Shown piece after piece: positions 1 through 10,687 of a stretch of DNA of 64,000 nt. The DNA comes from Hyphomicrobium sp. (GTDB lineage: Bacteria > Pseudomonadota > Alphaproteobacteria > Rhizobiales > Hyphomicrobiaceae). The first letter of the stretch is position 1; each line of letters starts with the position of its first letter. The DNA is taken from assembly GCF_019753045.1 (NCBI RefSeq), contig NZ_JAIELN010000028.1, positions 11,118 to 75,117 on the forward strand, written 5' to 3'. The position numbers were made by a program, and so were the translations under genes. The notes beneath the pieces were generated by a model. It worked only from the letters and a program-made list of their open reading frames with translations. It had not been told where the DNA came from and did no database searches.

Positions 1-473
1 TTGTCGAACTGATTGGCCCAGCAAGCGCCGTTGGGCTCGCGAGCCGCAATCGCCTCGGCAAGGCGGCGCGAATAGTGCACGTAGTTATTGGGATTTGCGT
101 AGGGAACCGCCGGCACCTCGACGAGCTTCGCGCCGAAGATGCGGAGCGTCGTCTTCTTCTCAGCCGACTGCGTATCGGGAATGACGATCACGCTGCGCAA
201 GCCATAGTGCTTGCCGACCAGCGTCAATCCGATGCCCGTGTTGCCGGCGGTGCCCTCGACGATGACCCCGCCCCGTGCGACCGCGCCCCGCTTCAACGCG
301 TCCTCGATCAGGAATACTGCAGCCCTGTCCTTCACGGATTGGCCGGGATTCATGAACTCGGCCTTGCCGAGAATGGTGCAGCCCGTCTGATCCGAGGCTT
401 CTTGCAAACGCACCAATGGCGTATTGCCGACAGCATCGACGATATTCGATAGAACGGGCGAGTCTTTCATCAT
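1..473 (-). CDS. PLP-dependent cysteine synthase / cystathionine beta-synthase family protein, N-terminal ~157 codons (3' end lies beyond the left window edge)
   Basis: Absent from the ORF track because it runs off the edge. Reverse-strand translation from ATG (complement of 471-473) gives MMKDSPVLSNIVDAVGNTPLVRLQEASDQTGCTILGKAEFMNPGQSVKDRAA...VEGTAGNTGIGLTLVGKHYGL. GNTPLV, SVKDR (PLP lysine) and GNTGIG are hallmarks of the CysK/CysM/CBS fold-type II PLP family. Confidence 0.85.
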   Translation of the reverse strand, partial: MMKDSPVLSNIVDAVGNTPLVRLQEASDQTGCTILGKAEFMNPGQSVKDRAAVFLIEDALKRGAVARGGVIVEGTAGNTGIGLTLVGKHYGLRSVIVIPDTQSAEKKTTLRIFGAKLVEVPAVPYANPNNYVHYSRRLAEAIAAREPNGACWANQFD

Positions 474-759
474 CGCAATCCCCAGACAGCGGAGAGTCGC
501 GCGGGAGGCGCACGATCTCGGCGAACATGGGGCCTGCAAAATACCAAGCGCTCCCACCGCGGACTCATTACCTCTGTCCAGTTCGCCCAACAATTGGGTC
601 GACGGGAATTTGGTATGATGTCTGTGGGTCGCGGTGACGCAGAGATCGAAGGAGAATGCGCGGAACGCGCGATCCGTGACCTCAGATGTTGACTATTTGC
701 CCTTTGGATCGTTCGGGCGAAAGCTACGGCCTGCATTGAGCTCTCCGGCCGGAGCCTCG

Positions 760-1485
760 TTACAGCGCCGCACTGCGTTCATTCAGGACGTTGGCGAGGT
801 CGAGAATGCTATCGATCACGATATCCGCGTGCGGCTCGAGATCGGCGCGACGGGACGGACCGGTCAGCACTCCGACGCACAGCCCGAAACCCGCGCGACG
901 GCCCATTTCAAGATCGTGGGTTGAATCTCCAATGATCGCACAAGCGGAAGGCTCGAGACCAACGACTTTCGCGAACGCCAATCCCATTCCGGGTTCGGGC
1001 TTCGCACCGTGTCCGCTATCGCAGCCGACGCGAAATTCAAACATCTCGAGCAAGCCCCCGAAGCGCCCGAGCGATGCTTCGAGACCATCGAACGTGTCGT
1101 TCGTCGCCAGCCCCAACCGGTATCCCGAAGAGCCCAACCTTGCGAGTTCCTCTGTCGCGCCGTCGATCAACGTCGCGTACTTGGCTCCGCCCTCGCGAAA
1201 ATTCCTTGCAATGATTTCGAGCAGATTTGGCGGCGCGCGCTCCTTCAGAAAGTCTGCAAAGCTCACGGCGAGCTCGCTGGCGTCAGCCCCGACCAGCACC
1301 GCTCCAGGCGTCGCGAAATCTGTATCCGGATCGTGGCCGCTTGCTCGCAGCAGCTCCGCGGCAAGATCGACATCCCCACCCGCCGCGTCGAGCGCCATCA
1401 TTCGATTGATGGGCACCCACGTCCTGTAGAAATCCAGAATTGTGCCATCTTTATCGAAAAGAAGACCTTTGATCTGGCCCATCAA
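760..1485 (-). CDS. HAD-superfamily hydrolase (phosphatase-like)
   Basis: 241-aa ORF. HAD motif I LLFDKDGTILD at the N-terminus, GLATND mid-protein, IGDSTHDLEMG (motif IV) near the C-terminus. Confidence 0.8.
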   Translation of the reverse strand: MMGQIKGLLFDKDGTILDFYRTWVPINRMMALDAAGGDVDLAAELLRASGHDPDTDFATPGAVLVGADASELAVSFADFLKERAPPNLLEIIARNFREGGAKYATLIDGATEELARLGSSGYRLGLATNDTFDGLEASLGRFGGLLEMFEFRVGCDSGHGAKPEPGMGLAFAKVVGLEPSACAIIGDSTHDLEMGRRAGFGLCVGVLTGPSRRADLEPHADIVIDSILDLANVLNERSAAL

Positions 1486-1664
1486 CTATTCAATCCTCAT
1501 TGCCCGACGATCCGCGAACTATCGGACCATATTTTTGGATAACCCGGCAAAGCATCGGCGCGCAATCGCGCTGCCCCATCTCGCCGTCCGGTAACGTCGG
1601 ACCTCGTCCGACAGAAGTCACGTAACTGCCCGAAACCAGCTACGAGACCTTGCGTCCATCGTTC

Positions 1665-3344
1665 TCAAAACTCTTCCCACTCAGGCTTATCATTCGCGGA
1701 AGCGGCACGTCGGGACGGCGCGCTCGTTTTGCCGGACGATTGCAGCAACTTCGGCGTGATCTTGGAAGCCATGCGATCCGCGGTCTTACGAAGCGACGCG
1801 ACGCCGCTTGCCCCTAGCGTGAACTCGCTGACGAGGCGCGAGAGTTGGCTGGTCTCCTGACCGAGACTGTGACACGCAGCGGTCGTCTCCTCCACCATGG
1901 CGGCATTCTGTTGCGTGGTCTGATCGAGATCGTTGATCGCAATGTTGACCTGTGCCAACCCCGTAGCCTGTTCTTCGGCGGCGTGGGCAATGGACAAGAT
2001 CATCTCGTTGATGCTCGTCACGTGCGAAATGATTTGTTCGAGTGTCGCCCCGCTGTCGGAGACTAAGCGTACACCATGATCCACTTGCTCGCTCGAGCGA
2101 GAGATCAGTGACTTGATTTGCTTCGCTGCTTCTGCGGAGCGCTGCGCGAGCGCCCGTACTTCCGACGCGACGACCGCGAACCCCCGCCCGGCATCGCCAG
2201 CGCGCGCGGCCTCGACGCCCGCGTTGAGGGCCAACAGGTTTGTTTGAAAAGCAATTTCGTCGATCACGCCGATGATCTTCGCGATTTCCTTCGAGGAATT
2301 TTCAATATCGGCCATCGCGTCCATGGCCTCGCGAACAACCTTTCGGCTTGCTTCCGCCGCGCCTTTAGCCGTTGCCGCCACATCGCGGGCATGAGCGGAT
2401 TCGCTCGCGGTTTTCGTCACTGTCGTCGTGATCTCCGCCAGCGCAGCAGCGGTTTCCTCGAGGCTTGCCGCCTGCTGCTCGGTGCGTCGCGACAGATCAT
2501 CGGCCGCCGACGAAATCTCCTTGGTGCCGGACACCATCGCATCGGCGCTTGCCGCGACGTGTTGGAGCGCGGCTTCGAACTGCTCCACAGCGGAGTCAAA
2601 TTCACGTTGCACACCCCGATAGGCGACGGGCAGATCGTGCATCATGCGTGAGGTCAAATCCTTTTTGGCAAGCTTCGCAATGGCAGTGCTCATTGCGGTC
2701 AAGGCTGCCGCGCGCTCGCTGTTGGCCGCTTCATCTTGGCCTTTTCTCTCGGCCTCCCGCTCCGCTTCCTCAGCGCGCTTGCGATCCGCTTCAAGCGCGA
2801 TCTCCCTTTCGAGCTTCAATCGCGCGGCCTCCGCAGCTTCCACGTAAATGGAAATCGAGAGATCCATATCCAGCATCATGGCCTTCACCAACGCGCCAAG
2901 GCATTGGCCGACTTCCTCAGGACCTTTTCTTTGGCGCCCGAACGAGAAGCCTTTTTGCCACGTATCGTTCAGAATGGATTTGATGAGGTGTTGAACGACA
3001 ATCGCATAGCCACCGATGTACCAGCGCGGTTCAAGGCCGATACGCGCATGAGCCTCGCCGACCCTCCGAACATTGGCGAAATACTGCTCATCGAATCTTG
3101 CCGCGCTTATCGACTCCCAATGAGCGATCTGGGCCCTCTTCGCCGAATTCATGTGCGCCGGATTCTTGAAGAACTTGCGGCTTTCGGGCGTTTCTTGAAC
3201 GGTGCGATAGAACTGCTCTAGGGCAGCCGGAAGCTCTCCGTCGATAATGTTTTTGATGCTGCGGATGCTCGCGCATTGATCGCTATCGAGCCCGATGAAG
3301 GCGAGGCGGTCATTCAGTGTAGTGTTGCGCGTTTCATTTTCCAT
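1665..3344 (-). CDS. Globin-coupled methyl-accepting chemotaxis protein (HemAT-like haem sensor)
   Basis: 559 aa. N-terminal protoglobin/globin-coupled-sensor signature ([10 protein letters not shown]..., [20 protein letters not shown]). C-terminal MCP signalling hairpin ([44 protein letters not shown]). No TM segment seen, so probably soluble. Confidence 0.85.
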   Translation of the reverse strand: MENETRNTTLNDRLAFIGLDSDQCASIRSIKNIIDGELPAALEQFYRTVQETPESRKFFKNPAHMNSAKRAQIAHWESISAARFDEQYFANVRRVGEAHARIGLEPRWYIGGYAIVVQHLIKSILNDTWQKGFSFGRQRKGPEEVGQCLGALVKAMMLDMDLSISIYVEAAEAARLKLEREIALEADRKRAEEAEREAERKGQDEAANSERAAALTAMSTAIAKLAKKDLTSRMMHDLPVAYRGVQREFDSAVEQFEAALQHVAASADAMVSGTKEISSAADDLSRRTEQQAASLEETAAALAEITTTVTKTASESAHARDVAATAKGAAEASRKVVREAMDAMADIENSSKEIAKIIGVIDEIAFQTNLLALNAGVEAARAGDAGRGFAVVASEVRALAQRSAEAAKQIKSLISRSSEQVDHGVRLVSDSGATLEQIISHVTSINEMILSIAHAAEEQATGLAQVNIAINDLDQTTQQNAAMVEETTAACHSLGQETSQLSRLVSEFTLGASGVASLRKTADRMASKITPKLLQSSGKTSAPSRRAASANDKPEWEEF

Positions 3345-3848
3345 CGTTGTGCCTTGTATCCAACCCGGGCGCTATCGGCCCATGCACCGCGAACAGAAAA
3401 CGAATCGCGTCGTCGGGTTCTATACCGCACGGATGATGGAAATATTCATTCGCATATGGAAAAATTGATCTCTGTTACTCACGATCGGTATCTGCCCAGA
3501 AACTGCACGATCGCACTTTTTTAAATCACGCTGACAATGGTGTGTACCATCCGACGCGTCGTCTCTCCGGGGCCTTTCGCATGAGAACATGCTCGCCGGT
3601 TCGCGCTCGGTTCGACAATCGCTAAGGAGAAGCGATGAGCTATACCTTCATTTGACGTGGATCAATGCTCCACGCATTCCAAGACCACAAAATGCACCGC
3701 CCGCATTACGCGAAGCGAACCGAGACGCGATGCGTTCTCTCAGCACGACGCCACCGTCCGCACATCGACAGCAACCAAAATAAAGAACGATCGACGCGAG
3801 CTTTCCACGCGCCGATCGGACCAAAGCGCTTAACGCCATTCTGCCACG

Positions 3849-4106
3849 TTATTTGTGCACCAGGCCGTTCGCGCAACCAGCCTTGAACTCATCCCAATTG
3901 ATCGCGCCGTTTTTGTCGGTGTCGAGCTGCACGAAGTTCTTGACGAACGGCTTCGCCTGGTCCGGGCTGAGGTCATGCCCGCCGGCCTTCTTCCAGACGT
4001 CAGCGCACTCGTCTTCTCCCAACGGTGTCTGCGCTTCCGCCCGCACGATCGCCCCGGCAGTGCAGGACAGCACGACCAAGGACCAAACGATGAGGGATTT
4101 TCCCAT
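3849..4106 (-). CDS. Small secreted EF-hand calcium-binding protein
   Basis: 85 aa. Signal peptide MGKSLIVWSLVVLSCTAGAIVRAEA followed by a canonical EF-hand loop DTDKNGAINWDEF. Confidence 0.7.
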   Translation of the reverse strand: MGKSLIVWSLVVLSCTAGAIVRAEAQTPLGEDECADVWKKAGGHDLSPDQAKPFVKNFVQLDTDKNGAINWDEFKAGCANGLVHK

Positions 4107-4304
4107 ATGGAACTCTCCTACCTAGATGAGTGCGCTCGAAATGCCTCGGCGCACGTCCTCCAAGTAGATGCCGCGAATGGGCGTCGCGCATTAACGGCGT
4201 CGGATTGTGATTGCCATTTTCAAAGAGTGACACAGACGAATTAGATTAAATTCTACGTGCTCAGCATCGGCAAAAGTCAGCGTGGACGAGGAAGCAATCA
4301 TTGG

Positions 4305-4336
4305 AAAAAAAAGAAGCGGCAATACCATGCCGCTTC
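4305..4336 (-). terminator. Rho-independent terminator downstream of gdhA
   Basis: On the minus strand: stem GAAGCGGCA / TGCCGCTTC (4313-4321 pairs with 4328-4336), 6-nt loop, followed by T8 (A-run 4305-4312 on the plus strand). About 30 nt after the gdhA stop. Confidence 0.85.
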
Positions 4337-4366
4337 TGCGTTCAATTTGCCTTCAGCACTCGCCTG

Positions 4367-5719
<1,353 letters not shown>

Positions 5720-6132
5720 TTATTTTTTCTTTCGCGACTGCATTTCGGGAGATGGACAGAACAAACGGGGCTCACACGGGCTCGGTTCATGTCCGAGCGC
5801 GTCATATATCCGGAAATGCCGAAAGTCATCGAAGAAAAGGATGAAGGGGTTTAATATTCCGTCGCGCCGGTTTCGAAATTTGTATGGCAGACAGGACGTC
5901 ACCGCCGGCACGAAGGCAGTGACGTCCGCTACGACGAAATGGCGGGTCGGATCATCGATCAACCCTTGTATATCGCCTCCACTGTCCACGCGCCTTTTGG
6001 CTGGCTGTGAAGCTTCCAGAACTCTTCCGCCACGGCTTGCGAGGAAGTTTCCAAAGCCATCAAAGCTGGATGGGGAACTGGGAAACGCAAATAGCGGCGG
6101 CTCGCGCGGCGCCTGTCTTGCGTTTCACCGGT

Positions 6133-6165
6133 AAAAAAACGCCCCGGGAAGAGTCTTCCCGAGGC
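6133..6165 (-). terminator. Rho-independent terminator downstream of the 6198-6569 gene
   Basis: Minus strand: stem CGGGAAG / CTTCCCG (6145-6151 with 6155-6161), extended by a GCC/GGC clamp, followed by T7 (A-run 6133-6139 on the plus strand). Confidence 0.8.
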
Positions 6166-6197
6166 GCAGAATAATTGGACCTTACGCGATGCGCAGC

Positions 6198-6569
6198 TCA
6201 GCGACGGCCGTCGAAATCGCCGAGACGGTTGAAGCAGTCCTGAAGTTGTTCGGCCCGACCCCGCTGCTCATCCGCGACCACACGGCGGGGCGTCCACCGG
6301 CACCACGTGAAATGGGGTCTCAAATCGCGATCCCAGCGCGGGCCGCGAAATCCGCACCTAAACCGTTCGTTGGCATCGGCTTGAACCTGCGCGATACGGG
6401 CATAGACTTCACAATTGGCCCGCTTCCCTTCGACGTCTCCCTGTCGGTCATTCGGACCGAACTTGAAGGAAAAGCCCCGGTCATCAAGACGGAGACTTTG
6501 GGCTTCGGCCGATACCGCCGATACAAGAAGAGCGGCCGCAGCCAAACCAATCGGAAAAATGCGCATCAT
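6198..6569 (-). CDS. Small secreted cysteine-containing protein, unknown function
   Basis: 123 aa. Signal peptide MMRIFPIGLAAAALLVSAVSAEA|Q, four Cys in the mature part, own terminator. The overlapping plus-strand ORF 6189-6623 has no such features. Confidence 0.6.
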   Translation of the reverse strand: MMRIFPIGLAAAALLVSAVSAEAQSLRLDDRGFSFKFGPNDRQGDVEGKRANCEVYARIAQVQADANERFRCGFRGPRWDRDLRPHFTWCRWTPRRVVADEQRGRAEQLQDCFNRLGDFDGRR

Positions 6570-6882
6570 GTTACCTCAGTTGCAGTTCTGGGCGCTGATT
6601 ATCGACCGATTGTGTCCACCTGATTGCGCCCGAGTGGCCAATACTTGTCATGATCACATCTGGCAACCAGCAGGAGCCCCAATTAAGCCCGCTCGTCGGG
6701 CGGCCTTTCGTGCCGCCCAGACCGTCGACAGCAATGCCAGATGACTTGTTCGAGCCGGAAATCATTCTCCCACGACCGGCACAGCCAATCGATGTAGATC
6801 CATCAAGCTCGATCGCTGTTTCGGAAGTTGAGCGACTCACAGCCGACGACTGCGCCAATCAAAGCTCCAAGAGGTCCCGCGG

Positions 6883-7305
6883 TTATTTTCCGCGCGCGGT
6901 GCGGACGTTGGAGAGAAATTGCCGGCCGCTTTTGGGGTCCACAGAGTCGGCGCCGGTGAAGTTGTTGTTGTACATCACGATGTAGATCGGTTCTGTGTCG
7001 GCAATAACATTCATGCCGGCATCACTCGAGATCCCGGAGTCGCTCTTGCCCATGAGCTTCACACGCACGTTGTGCTTCCCAGGCGGCACGGAAGCGCGAA
7101 GGGCGTCGCAGACACGCAGTTCGCCTACGGGTTTCCCGTCGACGTAAATGGGGCTCGAAAGGGCAAACGGGTCTTGGGGAATGAATCCGGTCAGCAAAGA
7201 GATTGGAGCGCAGCGCGAGATCACGTAGAGGTCGCCTGCGTCCGCAGCTCCAATCGTCATGGCAAATCCGGCGAAGAACGTGGCCGCGGCAAGCGTGGTT
7301 TTCAT
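6883..7305 (-). CDS. Secreted hypothetical protein (DUF2846-like), paralog of 7315-7782
   Basis: 140 aa. Signal peptide MKTTLAAATFFAGFAMTIGAADA. Core YVDGKPVGELRVCDALRASVPPGKHNVRV resembles the VDGK.VG...G.H pattern of DUF2846-type proteins. Family assignment is from memory. Confidence 0.55.
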   Translation of the reverse strand: MKTTLAAATFFAGFAMTIGAADAGDLYVISRCAPISLLTGFIPQDPFALSSPIYVDGKPVGELRVCDALRASVPPGKHNVRVKLMGKSDSGISSDAGMNVIADTEPIYIVMYNNNFTGADSVDPKSGRQFLSNVRTARGK

Positions 7306-7314
7306 AGCATCCCC

Positions 7315-7782
7315 TTAATGCGTATCGATCTCTGCAATTTCCATACGTGCGCGATTGCTGCTGACCTCATGGATAACGAGATGAGTGTTACCATCGGGAC
7401 TGGCGAGCAGGTGAAGAGTTCCGCCGGCGGGAACCTGGAATACGTCGCCATTGCCCGAGAAAGCGCCAAAGTCGACAAGAGGGTCGCCGAGACGGATTGA
7501 GCGGCTTCCCGCTGCCAGGCTCACGCTCGTGTGCTGGCACGTCTTGATCGTGCCAACGGCCTTTCCATCGACCAGAATGTTGAGGTTTGTCTTCAGGAAG
7601 TCGGGGACCCAGACTCCCTGTTGTGGGCAGGGCCAGATAATCTCGGCGGTTGCGTTCCCCGTCGAGTTGGTCGCCAGAATTGGGCCTGCGCTGCTGTGGC
7701 CAGCGGACCCCGTATCGCTCAGGGCCGGAGATTGGGCACAACCAGCAACGAGCAGGGCCGCCAACACAAGCCATCTGTTCAT
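7315..7782 (-). CDS. Lipoprotein (DUF2846-like), paralog of 6883-7305
   Basis: 155 aa. Lipobox LLVAGC|AQ. Core LVDGKAVGTIKTCQHTSVSLAAGSRSIRL parallels the neighbouring gene. Confidence 0.55.
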   Translation of the reverse strand: MNRWLVLAALLVAGCAQSPALSDTGSAGHSSAGPILATNSTGNATAEIIWPCPQQGVWVPDFLKTNLNILVDGKAVGTIKTCQHTSVSLAAGSRSIRLGDPLVDFGAFSGNGDVFQVPAGGTLHLLASPDGNTHLVIHEVSSNRARMEIAEIDTH

Positions 7783-8142
7783 TGTCGCAAAACTTTCATC
7801 TCAAATGCAGTGCCTGGATGCTGCATACGGACAAACATGCGGTCAATGGATCAAGAGCATTTGCTTGTGGGCTGTGGCCTGCATGGGACAAGTGGTGGGG
7901 TCAAAATCGAAATGGGGACTTCCCATCCCGTTAATGGCATATTGCCCTTGCTACGAATGACGATGTCTGAATTGGAATTGGAGGACGTGAGCGGTTTGCC
8001 ATCGGCGACAAGACTTGAGCCTCGTGAATCAACGGCCATTCCGATCCTGAAGCCCAAATAGCGACCGCAGGATATGAATAGTCAAACGCCATGTCGAAAC
8101 GTCAGGACGTGCAAGAGCCCCCGAGTTGACTAGTGGCCCTGA

Positions 8143-8772
8143 TCAATGACCGGGGAGCTTCACAGCGGCCAGATACGCGCCGAGCGCCTTGATATCCGCT
8201 TCATCGATGGACTTCATCAAGGCGACCATGCCGAGGTAGGTCTTGCGATCGCCCGTATGGAAATCGGTCATCGTCTTAACCAGGTAATCGTCCTGCTGGC
8301 CGGCAAGACGCGGCCTCACCGTATCGCCCTGATAGTGCTCCTGGTGGCAGCCCCGACAATTCAAAGGATCGAGAATTGCGCGGGCCTTAGCCTTCACATC
8401 ATCCGGCACCGGCGGCTGCTGCAGATCCGGCCACGACAGTTTCGAGAAGTGCGTCGCAAGCGCTTCCATGTCCGTCTTGCTGAGCGACTCGACCACAGGG
8501 GCCATCTGCTCATTCGTACGGTGGCCTAGTTTGAAAGCGACAAGCTGGTTCAGCAGGTAGGAGCGGTTCTGCCCCCAGATGTTGGGGATTGTCTTGTCCA
8601 TTGGAACGCCATTCTCGCCGTGGCAACCCGCGCAAACAGCTGCGAGCTCATCTACCGACTGGGCGACTGCGGGAGCGGGTTGGACAACGGCGAAATATCC
8701 AATCGCTAGAATGCCGAAAAGAAATGCGCCGGCGGTGGGCTTTATCATCGAATCCTCCTGAATATTCCGCAA
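8143..8772 (-). CDS. Dihaem c-type cytochrome (c4/c553-like), membrane-anchored or secreted
   Basis: Two CxxCH sites (CAGCHG and CRGCHQ) and a hydrophobic N-terminus (AGAFLFGILAIGYFAVV). The start may be the internal ATG at 8748 (MIKPTAG...). Confidence 0.85.
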   Translation of the reverse strand: MRNIQEDSMIKPTAGAFLFGILAIGYFAVVQPAPAVAQSVDELAAVCAGCHGENGVPMDKTIPNIWGQNRSYLLNQLVAFKLGHRTNEQMAPVVESLSKTDMEALATHFSKLSWPDLQQPPVPDDVKAKARAILDPLNCRGCHQEHYQGDTVRPRLAGQQDDYLVKTMTDFHTGDRKTYLGMVALMKSIDEADIKALGAYLAAVKLPGH

Positions 8773-9098
8773 GGAAAACCGTCGCTTGAAGCAACGCTTC
8801 CAAGCGGCACTGGCTATTCCTAGTCGTGGGGTGGGAGTTCAGATGTCGTCTTCTTAGCTTCCTTTGGCCAATGCTGGACAGCAGTCAAAAGGAATGGCGG
8901 GCATTCTGCAAGGGCGAACTTTCGGAATTTCGGGGCGAGCACTCAGAACACTGCGCATCTCGAAGGAGAAAGCGTGCTCCTAGGCTCATTCGGCAATGTG
9001 CAAACCGCAGCCTACTGCACAGTCGCCGGTTTCACTACACGGACATTTAATGCGATCGCCGGACAAATGTCTGAGCGTATCGCGATCACATGGCGGCT

Positions 9099-9764
9099 TC
9101 ATCGAAGCAGGCGGCGCACGTCGGCGCGCAGCACCGGAAGCAGATCCGTGTCGAACCAAGTATTGCGTTCAAGCCATTTGTTATTGTGCCACGATGGATG
9201 CGGCAGCGGAATTCTGCGTATGGACGAACCGGCGTCGTAAACATCGCGCCATTGCTGCACCGTCTGATTGACGCCTTGCTGCGCCGACTTCTGGCCCAGA
9301 TGCCATCGTTGAGCGTAGCCGCCAATAATCACGAGCAGCTTCACATTCCGCATTTGCGCGAACAATGCCGCTCGCCATATCTCCGCGCACTCCCGGCGGG
9401 GCGGCAAGTCGCTGCCGTCTGGCCTCAACCCCGGAAAGCAAAAACCCATACCGATGATCGCGACCTTGGAAGAATCGTAGAACGTGGTCTCGTCAATACC
9501 GAGCCACTGCCTCAACCTGACACCGGATGGATCATCGAAAGGTCGACCGCTTTTATTGACGCGCGTTCCGGGAGCTTGGCCAACGATGCAGATGCGCGCC
9601 GTCTTTGAAATTTGGAGGATGGGTCGTGGCTCATGGGCCAACGGCTGCCCATAGCGGGGATTGTCGCGGCAAACCCGGCAGGCACGGATAGACCTCACCA
9701 AAGCGTCGAGTGCGTTGGCATCAGACGACGCGGTCTCCATTGGGCCGATCGTTGTGTCAGGCAC
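9099..9764 (-). CDS. Uracil-DNA glycosylase superfamily protein
   Basis: 221 aa. IVGQAPG active-site-like motif, downstream FCFPG, and C-terminal LPHPSWHN motif typical of UDG family 4/5-like enzymes. Confidence 0.7.
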   Translation of the reverse strand: MPDTTIGPMETASSDANALDALVRSIRACRVCRDNPRYGQPLAHEPRPILQISKTARICIVGQAPGTRVNKSGRPFDDPSGVRLRQWLGIDETTFYDSSKVAIIGMGFCFPGLRPDGSDLPPRRECAEIWRAALFAQMRNVKLLVIIGGYAQRWHLGQKSAQQGVNQTVQQWRDVYDAGSSIRRIPLPHPSWHNNKWLERNTWFDTDLLPVLRADVRRLLR

Positions 9765-9880
9765 GTACTGGGAATCCTCGCAACCGCGGGCCGGGCTCAG
9801 GCTGCGTTAGTCTGAGAGACAGCTGGCCAGCGAACTTGGCACCTCGAATTGCCATTACTTGGATGGCGCAAAGAAAACAC

Positions 9881-10255
9881 TTAGGCATTACGTCCGAGCA
9901 GGACGTCCTTCAGCACAACCGCGTCATTGTGTTCCTCGTCGTGCGCACTGTAAACGAGGGTAACGGTATGCGACTTGGCCAGCGATCGAATGTGCTTCAG
10001 AATATCTGCTTGTTCCCGAAGCTCGGCGCGGTAGCGGCGCTGAAATTCCGCCCAGCGAGCGGGATCATGGCCGAACCATTTCCGAAGCTCGGTGCTCGGC
10101 GCAATGTCTTTTTCCCACTCGTCGAGCGAAGCCTTTTCCTTACTGACCCCGCGAGGCCAGAGCCGATCGACGAGTATCCGTACGCCGTCGGAAGACTCCG
10201 GCGGTTCGTAGGCGCGTTTCAAACGCAGATGGGATGCGGGAAAAGTTGCAGTCAT
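9881..10255 (-). CDS. DUF488 family protein
   Basis: 124 aa. RILVDRLWPRGVSKE...W.KDIAPS..LRKWFGHDP pattern characteristic of DUF488. Confidence 0.75.
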   Translation of the reverse strand: MTATFPASHLRLKRAYEPPESSDGVRILVDRLWPRGVSKEKASLDEWEKDIAPSTELRKWFGHDPARWAEFQRRYRAELREQADILKHIRSLAKSHTVTLVYSAHDEEHNDAVVLKDVLLGRNA

Positions 10256-10687
10256 GAGACGCTCCCTTCAAGCAGATTGCGCAGCAATAACGCACTTCGA
10301 TCCAAAGCAACCTGAAAAGCAAAACGCAGCAAGACCGAAAATGGCCCCGCGACCAACGCGTCGGAATGTACTCTGATGAAAAGCGTAAGCACTTGAAATT
10401 ATTTGGTGGGTGATCACAGGCTTGAACAGCGGACCGCTGATCTCGATCAGCCGGCCGCAGAGTCATTCCGCGCAACGGCGGCGCAACAAAACTCCCCCTG
10501 AATTTCCCGGGCCCCTGGGCACAGGGACCTGGCAAAAAAAAATGATGCCACGTTTGGCTTATTGACGATATCCTGCGGCGTGGTGGGGGTCTCCTTAATC
10601 GGGTTTTACCGCTCGCAAATTGCGTTAAGCCTTACGTTGTCACCTATCTTGCAAGGTGGGCGTCCAAGTTGTCGTGAGTAATGAAAA

